A stretch of DNA of 64,000 nt from a virus. Its lineage: Duplodnaviria; Caudoviricetes. Within the stretch, counting starts at the first letter, position 1, and the number at the start of each line of letters is the position of its first letter. The stretch spans positions 767 to 64,766 of IMG/VR virus record IMGVR_UViG_3300034198_007771. One strand, 5' to 3'. This document shows, in pieces, positions 17,752 through 26,732 of this stretch. Position numbers and translations under genes: made by a program. A model generated the notes under the pieces. The model worked only from the letters and a program-made list of their open reading frames with translations, was not told where the DNA came from and ran no database searches.

Positions 17752-19985
17752 TCTACCTCTCCTAAAAATTTGTACCGCTCGACTTTCTGTGTCTCGCTCG
17801 GCGGCAATTGTACGATATGGCCTTCCCGGAGGAACAGGTCGACCTCCTGCCGAGCCTCGACTTTCTTCAGCCTGAGAATGGTGTAGTAGTCACGCAGCGT
17901 CCATTCCTCAGTCACACGCTCGACACGACGGCGACGTTCCTTCAGGTAATCGTCCATCTTCTTCGTGACAGACTCCTCCCGCTTCAGCATGTCCCCACTG
18001 ACCGATGCAAAGGCTGCCTCGACAATGTGGTCGACGTACTTCTGCTTCTTCAGCCAGCCCCACTCCATCAGGTCGATCGAGCCCTGTAGAATGTGTGGCG
18101 GTATCCAGCCGTGCTGCTGAGTCGGTATGCTGTTTGCCATCCAGAACGCCGGGTCACAGGCACACCACAGCATGTTCAATCCCTGGGCGAACTTCAAAGC
18201 GATCTCTGCATGACGCACGACATCGGCCCGATGTGGGTGGTCCTCTGGCCATTGAGCCATAACGATCGGTGACTTCTTCGTCTCAGCGTACCCTTTCCAC
18301 AAATGCCTTGCCTGATCGTCCAGCGTGAGCGTCAGAGGTAGCTCGACCTGACCGGTGGCACTAATCAACTGGGATAGACTCGGTGACCCGATCGTGGGCT
18401 TGATCTCACCCAGTCGTTGACAGATCTCATACCACGTCTTCAGGAACTCGTTGTGAGCGGCGAGGGCCTCCTCGCTCTCGCGTCTGGGTACTTCACCGAT
18501 AGGGTAAATGAACATTCGTTGGAGCAGTCCGTCCAGACAGTCGTTCATCGGCATCTGGTTTAGGTTGACCTGCTGGATCGCTGCACTCACCACGAGGTGT
18601 GGGTTCCGTACAACGGTTCTGCCTTTCTGCAGGACCCGCACGACAGTGTCTCCTGAGAAACACTTGTGGTAGAGACTGTTGTCGCTCTGCCCTGTTGTGT
18701 TGTACTTGTTGAACATCTTGAAGAAGTCTTTGCCCTCGGTGAACTGAAGCAGGACTCCTCTTGGGTACTTGGCCAGCAGCGAGACCAACGCCTCGGGGCT
18801 GCTGTCCGTGGCCATAGCGTCGGAGTGGGAGGTCGGACCAAGCAAGACCTTCATGGTCTTGCTCTTCCCCGATCCGGAACCTCCCACTCCAAACGTGTAT
18901 AGCTGCCCGCCGAGCGTGTCGTGGTTCACGCTCGCTCGTACTCGCACCGATTGTCCCATCTGGAACATCGCTGTCGTCAGGATCGTCATCAGCCACAGGT
19001 TACGTGGGTACCCTGCCAGCTTCGCCTGTTGACTCGCTTCCTCAATCAGCGGTGGGAAGATGTGACTTGGTATCTCCGGGCAGTCGCCCGTGGCTGCCAC
19101 GTACTGGAGTTTGCCAACGGCCTCGTGGGCTGCCTCAGCCACGACCTGCATATCAACAGCAGCGATGAGTTCTCGCCCGTGGTTGACAGGCCGACGGAGG
19201 TTGTTGAACAGGTTCTTGACTTCGGTCTCACCACGATCGGGGTCGGAGTACGTACCGACTCGCTGGGCCATGTATCGGCTAAGCTCGACGCAGTCCTCTG
19301 TCGGCAACTGCCAGTCGCAGTAGAGGCTCTTGCTCCATGCCAGCAGGAACTCGTGTCGGTTACCAACCTGCGGCAAGTACCCGTCTTCTTCGAGCCCTAC
19401 CTCAACCTCTTTGGCGTCTTGTCCTTTGGGCCTGACGTTCGCCAGGAACCACTGGATGATGACCTCCGGCATTGGCGCCGGGCCGACTTCCCAAGGGGCA
19501 CAGCCGGGGAGCCATTCGTAATGTTCACCTGTGTCCGGGTGGAGCGATGGTGGGCAGATCGAGTAGAAGTCTTTGTCCGATGAAGCGAGGCGGCATTCAA
19601 GGCCCTTGGCTTTCGGGTTGTTCTTGTTGAGCGGGGCGAGGCGGTCTGTCCACTGGAAGATACGGTGGACACCACGGCGGGATTTGTAGGCAAGGGTCCG
19701 GCAGTTGGCCTCGGCCATGAGCCCTTCGATAACGGCTGTGCCCTCATCGGTGTCTGGCTCTACGTCGCAGATGCCCGATGTAGGGCCGAAGGTCATGGCT
19801 ACGTTGAACGGGCCTGCAGGAACTTTCTTCACGAACTCGTTGATGTCGTTCGTGGCGTTCTCTGTCCAGTAGCCCACTGGCTTCTTCGAGCCGTACTCGG
19901 CTACGAAGATCTTAATTCCGTGGCGGCACAGATACGCCGCTGTCAGTACCGCGGCTTTGCGATACTGCTGCTCATCAAAGGACAT
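17748..19985 (-). CDS. Bifunctional primase/polymerase (Prim-Pol) fused to DUF3987/YfjI-like P-loop helicase
   Basis: N-terminal KKP, DVE, SRRGVH, CPPSLHPDTG; PriCT-like GNRH; Walker A GGSGSGKS. Confidence 0.88.
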   Translation of the reverse strand: MSFDEQQYRKAAVLTAAYLCRHGIKIFVAEYGSKKPVGYWTENATNDINEFVKKVPAGPFNVAMTFGPTSGICDVEPDTDEGTAVIEGLMAEANCRTLAYKSRRGVHRIFQWTDRLAPLNKNNPKAKGLECRLASSDKDFYSICPPSLHPDTGEHYEWLPGCAPWEVGPAPMPEVIIQWFLANVRPKGQDAKEVEVGLEEDGYLPQVGNRHEFLLAWSKSLYCDWQLPTEDCVELSRYMAQRVGTYSDPDRGETEVKNLFNNLRRPVNHGRELIAAVDMQVVAEAAHEAVGKLQYVAATGDCPEIPSHIFPPLIEEASQQAKLAGYPRNLWLMTILTTAMFQMGQSVRVRASVNHDTLGGQLYTFGVGGSGSGKSKTMKVLLGPTSHSDAMATDSSPEALVSLLAKYPRGVLLQFTEGKDFFKMFNKYNTTGQSDNSLYHKCFSGDTVVRVLQKGRTVVRNPHLVVSAAIQQVNLNQMPMNDCLDGLLQRMFIYPIGEVPRRESEEALAAHNEFLKTWYEICQRLGEIKPTIGSPSLSQLISATGQVELPLTLTLDDQARHLWKGYAETKKSPIVMAQWPEDHPHRADVVRHAEIALKFAQGLNMLWCACDPAFWMANSIPTQQHGWIPPHILQGSIDLMEWGWLKKQKYVDHIVEAAFASVSGDMLKREESVTKKMDDYLKERRRRVERVTEEWTLRDYYTILRLKKVEARQEVDLFLREGHIVQLPPSETQKVERYKFLGEVE

Positions 19986-20042
19986 GTTTGAGTCTCCGGG
20001 GGAAGTCGGACCCCCGAAGTCTCGCGTCGATAGGTGAGCGTG

Positions 20043-20300
20043 TCAATGGTTGGTTAGGCGATTCTCGATCTCGCTGATCTGACGCTCAACAACCTCTACC
20101 GCTTCATCAGAGGCTTTCTTGTACCCTTCGGCGTAGCCCTTGCCGTACCATTCTTTCTGGCCTCGGCGGTACCCATCCATGAATTCACGGGTGTCGTTTC
20201 TCGTCAGCCCTCCAATCGCGGCACATACCAGGATCGCTACCACCCAGAACAGACAGGCGTAGAACCAGCCGTTTCGTTTGTCCAAATTCCCGTATGGCAT
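20043..20300 (-). CDS. Membrane-anchored hypothetical protein
   Basis: One TM segment followed by GYxxG repeats. Confidence 0.65.
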   Translation of the reverse strand: MPYGNLDKRNGWFYACLFWVVAILVCAAIGGLTRNDTREFMDGYRRGQKEWYGKGYAEGYKKASDEAVEVVERQISEIENRLTNH

Positions 20301-20301
20301 C

Positions 20302-20682
20302 TCAACTTGCCCTCTCGTAGACAATGACTCTCACTTCACATGCGGCCGTATTGGCCTTCAGATAGATCGTAGCGTTTGGCTTCAGGTATCCAACCGCCGG
20401 GATGCCTGTGTCCGTTGGGTACAGGTACTGACCGTATACTCCGGTCGAGTAGCCCATCTCGACAAAGTTGGTCGCATCCATGTTTGCGATCCAGAATATA
20501 CCCTCTGTGTTGATATCGCCAAAGGCTGGACCGACGGACTCCTCCGTCGTGCCAATGGTGAGAACGACATCGTAGACTCGCTTACCAAGCGTTGCGACCT
20601 GCTTCAGCGTTTGCTCGACGGTATGCTTCAATTCGCCCTTGGTGAATTTCAACGCTGCACGAAATTCGATTTGGTCTGCCAT
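20302..20682 (-). CDS. Beta-rich hypothetical protein, possibly a virion protein
   Basis: 126 aa; IGTTEE...NMDATNFV...LKANTAAC pattern. Confidence 0.65.
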   Translation of the reverse strand: MADQIEFRAALKFTKGELKHTVEQTLKQVATLGKRVYDVVLTIGTTEESVGPAFGDINTEGIFWIANMDATNFVEMGYSTGVYGQYLYPTDTGIPAVGYLKPNATIYLKANTAACEVRVIVYERAS

Positions 20683-21047
20683 AGTGTACACCCGTCCTGT
20701 TTGCGTACATGTATTACTGGTCTTGCTGGTATGGCCTGCTAGGCTTTACTTCCTGTCAGGCCCTTCTCTATCCGGGCCGGTCTCGTCGGCCCGAAGGTTT
20801 ATTTGATTGGTTGAGTTCCCGACATGAATCCGGCCATTGACCTATCCTACGTCTAACTCTGCATCGCAGAGTAAGACTAGGATAGGGGCACTGTCAAGAG
20901 TCAGGCAGGGTATCAATCCAGATAAATTAAAAATATCGGCCAGGCGATACACGCCTGGCTGGCGAAGAGATAGACGCGAAGCCGAGGTCTAACATGTCAT
21001 TCGTGTAAGGCATGCTATACAGGTAGTATTTGCGAAATGAACAGCCG

Positions 21048-21160
21048 TTCAGTGCTGAAAACAGGTGGTGCTGACAGCCATTCAGCACTTCAGCACTGTA
21101 CCGGTGTCAACTGCTGAAGGAGTTTCAGCGGTGTGTAAGGAAATTTACATCTCAGCGGTG
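21048..21160. repeat. Iteron-like cluster; candidate replication origin
   Basis: Seven TCAGC/GCTGA-core repeats in both orientations in the intergenic gap upstream of the primase operon. Confidence 0.55.
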
Positions 21161-21180
21161 AGAATGTTTTTCGGCAGGGA

Positions 21181-21230
21181 TTGACGGGGTCGACCGTCAG
21201 TGAGATCATCGGGGCAGGAGGTGACTTATG
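21181..21230 (+). promoter_or_regulatory. Promoter-leader-RBS element, copy 1
   Basis: TTGACG-17-GATCAT then CGGGGCAGGAGGTGACTTATG. Confidence 0.6.
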
Positions 21231-21413
21231 GTGAAATCGTGGAAGGTCGACGATATCATCCGCTTGCGGGCGGACGGCGGCTCTTGGCGAGTCTGGCGTG
21301 TTACGGGGGTGTTCCTCGGTGCGGTCAATCAGGAAGACGTGATTGAGCTGGAAACGCTGGACCGCGACGTAAACACCGAGGGGGCGTATGTTAGTACCTC
21401 GGGAGTTGCTTAA
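21228..21413 (+). CDS. Hypothetical protein
   Basis: AGGAGGTGA RBS. Confidence 0.6.
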   Translation: MVKSWKVDDIIRLRADGGSWRVWRVTGVFLGAVNQEDVIELETLDRDVNTEGAYVSTSGVA

Positions 21414-21450
21414 CTGGGCGACAGGTGAGAATCTACACTAGGAGATTATT

Positions 21451-21804
21451 ATGGAAGACCTAATCGAGAAGATTAAACAGTGGGGCCACGATCGTGGCAT
21501 TATTAAGAACAGCACCCCGTTGGCCCAAAGCCGGAAGACGATCGAGGAGGTGCATGAGTTGATCACGGCTTGTGCGAAGTTGAGAACATTCGTAGAACTT
21601 GTGGACGACGATGTGGATTGCCTTTTTGCTTCGCATGAAGCCGAACTCGCTGATGCCATCGGCGATGTCTTTGTCACGTTGGTTATGGTCGCTGGCTGTG
21701 CCGGGTTGGACGTACGGATGTGTATCTCCTCGGCGTACGAAGAGATCAAGGACAGGACCGGCTACCTGCGGCCTGACGGTGTGTTTGTGAAGGAGAGCAC
21801 ATGA
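21451..21804 (+). CDS. MazG-like NTP pyrophosphohydrolase
   Basis: QWGHDRG, EEVHEL, DAIGDVFVTL, AYEEIKDRTG...FVKE. Confidence 0.9.
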   Translation: MEDLIEKIKQWGHDRGIIKNSTPLAQSRKTIEEVHELITACAKLRTFVELVDDDVDCLFASHEAELADAIGDVFVTLVMVAGCAGLDVRMCISSAYEEIKDRTGYLRPDGVFVKEST

Positions 21805-22037
21805 GACTTGACCAGATCGATGTACTACCAGACGGGCGTATCGTGCTCGTTCTGCACGAGGGTGCTTTGCCTCGAGGCATGTCGACCCACGAGGCCAAAC
21901 AGTTCGGGCATGACCGGACGTTCGGGGCTTTGCTTGACGAACTGAAGCAGATCCAGAAAGACGACTGTCCGGACAAGGCGTATCTTCTTAATCTTGCCGT
22001 ACGATCAGTACGAGCTTCACTGGAGGTGTTGGGATGA
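21801..22037 (+). CDS. Hypothetical protein
   Basis: Coupled ORF. Confidence 0.65.
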   Translation: MRLDQIDVLPDGRIVLVLHEGALPRGMSTHEAKQFGHDRTFGALLDELKQIQKDDCPDKAYLLNLAVRSVRASLEVLG

Positions 22038-22657
22038 GTAACCCGTTTAAGGTTGGTGACGACTTTGTGTTCAAAGGCCCCGCCATGCCCTACCACAAAA
22101 CGTGGGGGGTGACTGTAGGCAAGGCATACAGAGTTTTCCGCGTCTATAATACTGACCCGGCAACCGTGGAGATTCAGGACGATCTGGGCAATCTAAGTAC
22201 GTTCGACGTAGCGTGGAGCGTTTCTCAAGAGGCCCCAGCAGTCAAACCCTCGAACCCCAAAGACGTGATCGGATCAACCAAGCCGCCGCTTCACAACGTC
22301 CCGTGCGGCCCTCTCTATCAGATCGGTGCTGCGATGCTCAGCGGTGCGTGTAAGTACGGCAGCCACAACTGGCGATCCATCGGCGTACGCTCTGATGTGT
22401 ACTACGACGCGGTGCAGAGGCACATCATGTCCTGGTGGGAAGGTGAGACTCTCGATCCTGAGAGTGGAGCACCACATCTGGCCCACGTCGCTGCCTGCTG
22501 TATCATACTGCTTGACGCAGAGGCTGCAGGTAAGCTGACAGACAACCGCCCACCTGTCGTGGGTAACCCTTCACAAGCTGTGCAGGAGCTTGTCACGTCG
22601 ATCCTGCAGAAGTACCCAAACCCGGTTGAGCCTTTTACGGAGAAGAACAATGCTTGA
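22034..22657 (+). CDS. dATP/dGTP diphosphohydrolase domain protein (DUF5664-like) with N-terminal SH3-like module
   Basis: NPKDVIGSTK, GACKYGSHNWR, RHIMSWWEGE..DPESG.PHLAH. Confidence 0.9.
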   Translation: MSNPFKVGDDFVFKGPAMPYHKTWGVTVGKAYRVFRVYNTDPATVEIQDDLGNLSTFDVAWSVSQEAPAVKPSNPKDVIGSTKPPLHNVPCGPLYQIGAAMLSGACKYGSHNWRSIGVRSDVYYDAVQRHIMSWWEGETLDPESGAPHLAHVAACCIILLDAEAAGKLTDNRPPVVGNPSQAVQELVTSILQKYPNPVEPFTEKNNA

Positions 22658-23150
22658 GTGGAAACGTGGTGGACTGACGCAGGAGATTCTGGACAAACAC
22701 CTTGTATTGGCTGGGGGCACGGGTGATGTACCAGTGTTCGCAGGTTGGTACAATCTCAAGGAAGACGATCTGGATGATCCATGTCTGGGCGATTGGGAAG
22801 ACAACGAATGGTACTGCGTCCTGCCTGAGATCACTGTGCATGACCCCGGTATGGACTGGGTTGACCTGCCGCAGGACCATGTCTTTCGGAAGGGTGACGA
22901 ATATTACGATCGTCATTACGACGATTGGCAGCCTGCTATGGGCGTGATCGGGAAGAAAGTCGAAGAAACCTCGTCCAGGAAAGGCCGGTGCCGTCGCAAG
23001 GACTTGCCTCCGCAGAAGCGGAAGATCGTGCTCAAGAAATGGTTGATTCGGTGGGAGGATCACTACGTCGTTGAGTGGAACACCGCTGAGCCTGATTACG
23101 GTGATTCCGTGGTAGAAATAGGTTCGGAAGAAGTCGAGGTGGACGCATGA
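22650..23150 (+). CDS. Hypothetical protein
   Basis: ORF from ATG 22650; C-terminus resembles that of 26732..27220. Confidence 0.7.
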   Translation: MLEWKRGGLTQEILDKHLVLAGGTGDVPVFAGWYNLKEDDLDDPCLGDWEDNEWYCVLPEITVHDPGMDWVDLPQDHVFRKGDEYYDRHYDDWQPAMGVIGKKVEETSSRKGRCRRKDLPPQKRKIVLKKWLIRWEDHYVVEWNTAEPDYGDSVVEIGSEEVEVDA

Positions 23151-23380
23151 AAAGCCCTATGCCGTACATCAAGAACTCAATGTGGTTCATGCTCGGGGTC
23201 AACACAGTTTTGCTGCTGGTAGACCTTCGGGAAGGCAATTTCGGCTTGTGTTTCATCAACGTCTCAGCTATGGTTTTGGCGGTTTATGCTTTATCACAAG
23301 CCGGAGAAGACCATGTTCGAGGTGCAGAAGGGTGTCAGTCCGAACGTCCTGAAGGTCAAACTGGACTGCAAGAAAAGTAA
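23147..23380 (+). CDS. Small two-TM membrane protein
   Basis: Two hydrophobic segments; coupled start. Confidence 0.55.
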   Translation: MKSPMPYIKNSMWFMLGVNTVLLLVDLREGNFGLCFINVSAMVLAVYALSQAGEDHVRGAEGCQSERPEGQTGLQEK

Positions 23381-24191
23381 GGAGCACTGGTTTCTCCTTC
23401 GCTCCGACGCCCACCACGACAACCCGCACGCCTCCTGGGACCTCGAAAAGAAACATCTCGACGAGGCCCTTGAGCGTGACGCGGGTATTCTGGACTGCGG
23501 AGACTTGTTCTGTGCTATGCAGGGCAAGTTCGACAAGCGGTCAAACAAGTCAACTCTCCGGCCTGAGCACCAGAACGGAGAGTACTTCGATGCTCTCGTT
23601 AAGACCGCGGCTGACTTCTACCAGCCGTACGCGAAGAATTGGATCTCCTTCGGGCTCGGTAATCATGAGACAAGTATTCTCAGTCGTCATGAGACGAACC
23701 TGACGGAGAGACTTGCTCAGACGCTTCGAGACCGCACGGGAGCCCCGTGTTTCGTCACTGGGTACACGGGCTGGATCAGGTTTCAGTTCCAACTGGGCAG
23801 TTCCACGATGACGGCTCGTACGCTGTGGCATATGCACGGGTACGGCGGTGGTGGTCCAGTCACTGCGGACAATATCCAGGCCCAGCGTCAGAACGCCTAT
23901 ATCGAGGGTGCTGACATCATGTGGTCAGGCCACGTTCACGAACGCTGGGCACGAGAGTTCATCAAGGTCGGTATTGACCAGGAGGGCGAGGTCAAGCATC
24001 GATCAAGCTGGTACATCAAGAGCCCGACTTACAAAGATGAATACGGCACTGGCTCTGGCGGTTGGCACATCGAAACAGGTAAGCCGCCGAAGCCCCTCGG
24101 GGCTTGGTGGCTGAAGATGACATTCAGTCGGCGTAGCGTGTCGAAGGTTACTCGGTCGGATGTGGTGATTGAAGTTATTCCAGCAAGCTAG
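23313..24191 (+). CDS. Calcineurin-like metallophosphoesterase
   Basis: SDAH, GD, GNHE, HG, GHVH motifs. Confidence 0.9.
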   Translation: MFEVQKGVSPNVLKVKLDCKKSKEHWFLLRSDAHHDNPHASWDLEKKHLDEALERDAGILDCGDLFCAMQGKFDKRSNKSTLRPEHQNGEYFDALVKTAADFYQPYAKNWISFGLGNHETSILSRHETNLTERLAQTLRDRTGAPCFVTGYTGWIRFQFQLGSSTMTARTLWHMHGYGGGGPVTADNIQAQRQNAYIEGADIMWSGHVHERWAREFIKVGIDQEGEVKHRSSWYIKSPTYKDEYGTGSGGWHIETGKPPKPLGAWWLKMTFSRRSVSKVTRSDVVIEVIPAS

Positions 24192-24200
24192 GAGGCAGTC

Positions 24201-24812
24201 ATGGGCGATACAAGGTACCTGAAGTTCCTGTTCAGACTCTACTGGACAGTCGTGGCGTTGGCTCATGCCAACATCGTCTTCGGCCAGGAGGTCAGCCTTG
24301 ATGGCGTGGCCAGACTCACCTGGACCGACGGGAAAGAGTCGGTCGAGTGGTCCGGAGTGGCCATCTCGGAAGACCGGGTTCTGACCTGTGAGCACCACGA
24401 CAAGACTGGTGACGTACGGATCGAGTTCGCTGCTAAGGGCAAGGCCCGGGTCAGCGTTCCCGGCCGGATCATCAAGGTCAACGACTCGATGGACCTGTCT
24501 CTAATATCGTACGAGGCCCCTAGCTGGGCCTCAGTGCGTTTCTATGGGATAGACGACATTCCAGCCAACGGAGAGATCCGAGGCTATCTACGGGGCTCTG
24601 CGGTGGTCAGCCGGGCCGTCCGCGGCCGGGAAGGCATTACCTTCGGCGGCAGGCCGATGGTGGAGGTACTGGCGGTGACTGAGTCCGGCATGTCCGGCTC
24701 ACCGCTGCTGATTGAAGGGAGTGTTTGCGGGATTCTGCTGGGTGGTGCGGATGACGGGGTAAGTCATTGCGTTAGCCCGGCGACGATCAGGGACTTTTTG
24801 AAGGGGGAGTGA
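24201..24812 (+). CDS. Trypsin-like serine protease with N-terminal signal-like segment
   Basis: LTCEH (His), DLSL (Asp), GMSGSPL (Ser). Confidence 0.88.
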   Translation: MGDTRYLKFLFRLYWTVVALAHANIVFGQEVSLDGVARLTWTDGKESVEWSGVAISEDRVLTCEHHDKTGDVRIEFAAKGKARVSVPGRIIKVNDSMDLSLISYEAPSWASVRFYGIDDIPANGEIRGYLRGSAVVSRAVRGREGITFGGRPMVEVLAVTESGMSGSPLLIEGSVCGILLGGADDGVSHCVSPATIRDFLKGE

Positions 24813-24943
24813 CGATGGTGTTCTTTGACGGCTGCTACCCCGGTCAAACTCGGGTTTGGTACGATTCGGAGTACCGCTTTGGGTATATTGCCAAGCTAAG
24901 CACCCCGCTGATGTTCCAGTCCTGAGAATCAATTCAGCCGGGC

Positions 24944-24993
24944 TTGCCACCCGGCTGATTCTGCGAGATGATCGTGGCAGGAGGTGACTTATG
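24944..24993 (+). promoter_or_regulatory. Promoter-leader-RBS element, copy 2
   Basis: TTGCCA-17-GATGAT then CGTGGCAGGAGGTGACTTATG; the -35 lies in the loop of a TCAGCCGGG/CCCGGCTGA inverted repeat. Confidence 0.6.
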
Positions 24994-25170
24994 CGGGAGT
25001 TTTGGCTGAACTGCTTTAGGTCAATAGCGGTGCGGATGGGTCACAAGCTGACCCCGGAGATCGAGGATCTGTGTCAGGAGAATGCCTATTTCGTGACACA
25101 CGGGTTGTGGTTTATCGGTCTTGCTGGCCTAGCGGGTTTCATTCATTTTCTGATCTGGGGGTCACCGTGA
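24991..25170 (+). CDS. Small membrane protein (59 aa, MREFWLNC...)
   Basis: Hand-translated; strong RBS; C-terminal TM; GTGA coupling. Confidence 0.6.
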   Translation: MREFWLNCFRSIAVRMGHKLTPEIEDLCQENAYFVTHGLWFIGLAGLAGFIHFLIWGSP

Positions 25171-25688
25171 CCAAACCAACATTCTATCTGGACCTTGACG
25201 GGGTCCTGTTCGACTTCGTATCAGCGTCGATCGAGACGTGCGATCTGCCGATCACGCACGATGATGTCAAGACGTGGAACTACTTCGAGCCGTACATGTC
25301 TGCTCGGGAGTTCTGGAAACGTATTCACGAGCAGCAGTACTTCTGGGAAGATCTGCCGGTTTATCCCTGGGCAGGTGATCTGATTGACATGCTTGAGAAG
25401 TACGGCGACGTGGTGTTCTGCACTGACCCATCGCACGATGATGAGTCTGCCACTGGTAAGCTCAAGGCTTTGAAGCGGCACGGGTTCCTCGCCCCAGGCG
25501 GTACGAACTACGTGCTGTGCAAAGACAAGTGGCGACTGGCGAAAGAGGGCACTTGGCTGATCGACGACAGTCCTGACAACTGCCGGAAGTTTGACGACCA
25601 CTTCGGCAGTACGGTTGTGTTTCCTCAGCCGTGGAACAGCGGTGTTTTGTCTGACAAAGTTTGGTGGATCGAGGAGATCGTCCGATGA
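25167..25688 (+). CDS. 5'(3')-deoxyribonucleotidase (HAD, NT5C-like)
   Basis: DLDGVLFDF, LIDDSPDN, FPQPWN. Confidence 0.9.
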   Translation: MTKPTFYLDLDGVLFDFVSASIETCDLPITHDDVKTWNYFEPYMSAREFWKRIHEQQYFWEDLPVYPWAGDLIDMLEKYGDVVFCTDPSHDDESATGKLKALKRHGFLAPGGTNYVLCKDKWRLAKEGTWLIDDSPDNCRKFDDHFGSTVVFPQPWNSGVLSDKVWWIEEIVR

Positions 25689-26119
25689 CATTCGAAAACG
25701 TACCACCAAACACCGGGTTCCCCTCGCTGGAGCATCTGAGACAGCTTGTTGAGATTACTGACAAGTTCAAGGCCCCACCGAGGGCGTACCTCGTCGTGGA
25801 CCCACAGACGTACGACTATCTGAACATGCGAGTCCTTACCGAAGAGACGTGGGACTTGCCGGATGACAAAGACAAGCCGTTCAAGTTCACGCCGCGGTTC
25901 GACTACGGCATTCCGATCATCCGAAACCCTATCCTCACAACGGGGGTTGTTCCCGAGGAGGAATGGCCAGTGCCAGTAGAGCCGTGGAAACCCTCGGCCT
26001 TCCTTACGGCCGATGCCCCACCGAAGTACACTCAAGAGGTCGTGAGTGATACATGGACCGGGGCTGTTGTGCTGGGTGTGATATCACTACTGATTCTTTT
26101 GCTTGGAGCGGCGGTATGA
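25685..26119 (+). CDS. Hypothetical protein with C-terminal TM
   Basis: Coupled ORF. Confidence 0.65.
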   Translation: MTFENVPPNTGFPSLEHLRQLVEITDKFKAPPRAYLVVDPQTYDYLNMRVLTEETWDLPDDKDKPFKFTPRFDYGIPIIRNPILTTGVVPEEEWPVPVEPWKPSAFLTADAPPKYTQEVVSDTWTGAVVLGVISLLILLLGAAV

Positions 26120-26457
26120 CACAGTTGAAACGGTACATCCGATTTCGGGAGTACTTCGACCAAGAGAATAACTCGCACGTAGTCGAGGGCGAACTCGGGC
26201 TCACTGCAAAGGCCATCGTCAGCGAGGCTCTCATGTTCTACTCAAGAGACAAGAAGGAGCCTATGCTGAGGGCCAAGGACGAGATAGTCCGAAGCATCGT
26301 CGCCGGTATTTACGGCCCGGTCGTGCAGATCCTGGACGAGGCCCTCGACGAAGTGAATACGGCTGACGTGTGGAAGCGTAACGATCCGTACTTCAACGCT
26401 CGTCTGGCCGTGGAAGACCTGCTACTGAGAATTCTTAGTAAAGTGAGGGACCTATGA
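26116..26457 (+). CDS. Hypothetical protein
   Basis: Coupled ORF. Confidence 0.65.
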   Translation: MTQLKRYIRFREYFDQENNSHVVEGELGLTAKAIVSEALMFYSRDKKEPMLRAKDEIVRSIVAGIYGPVVQILDEALDEVNTADVWKRNDPYFNARLAVEDLLLRILSKVRDL

Positions 26458-26732
26458 CCCCACGTTCAATCAATATCCTCGGACGGGAGTACCTCGTCCG
26501 ACGCAAGCGAATGAAGGACTACGGCTCCTGCGACTTCGGGTCAGGCACGATCTGGCTTCGCTTGGGGCTCAAAGCCGAAGAGGCCGAGGCAACTCTGCTT
26601 CACGAGGCTATCCATGCAATCCTGCACGAGGCTGGGCTGCATTACAACTGGACTACGGATTTCAGCGAGTCAGTTGTCCGTGCATTGGAGCACGGGCTGT
26701 GGCGAGCAGGGTTTAGACTGGAGGGTAAGTAA
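26454..26732 (+). CDS. Small zincin-like metallopeptidase (HExxH)
   Basis: TLLHEAIHAILH...ESVV. Confidence 0.8.
   Translation: MTPRSINILGREYLVRRKRMKDYGSCDFGSGTIWLRLGLKAEEAEATLLHEAIHAILHEAGLHYNWTTDFSESVVRALEHGLWRAGFRLEGK

Noticed and set aside
21451-22657. Z-genome (2-aminoadenine) pathway
   Set aside because: No PurZ or DatZ-like HD dATPase recognised in the window
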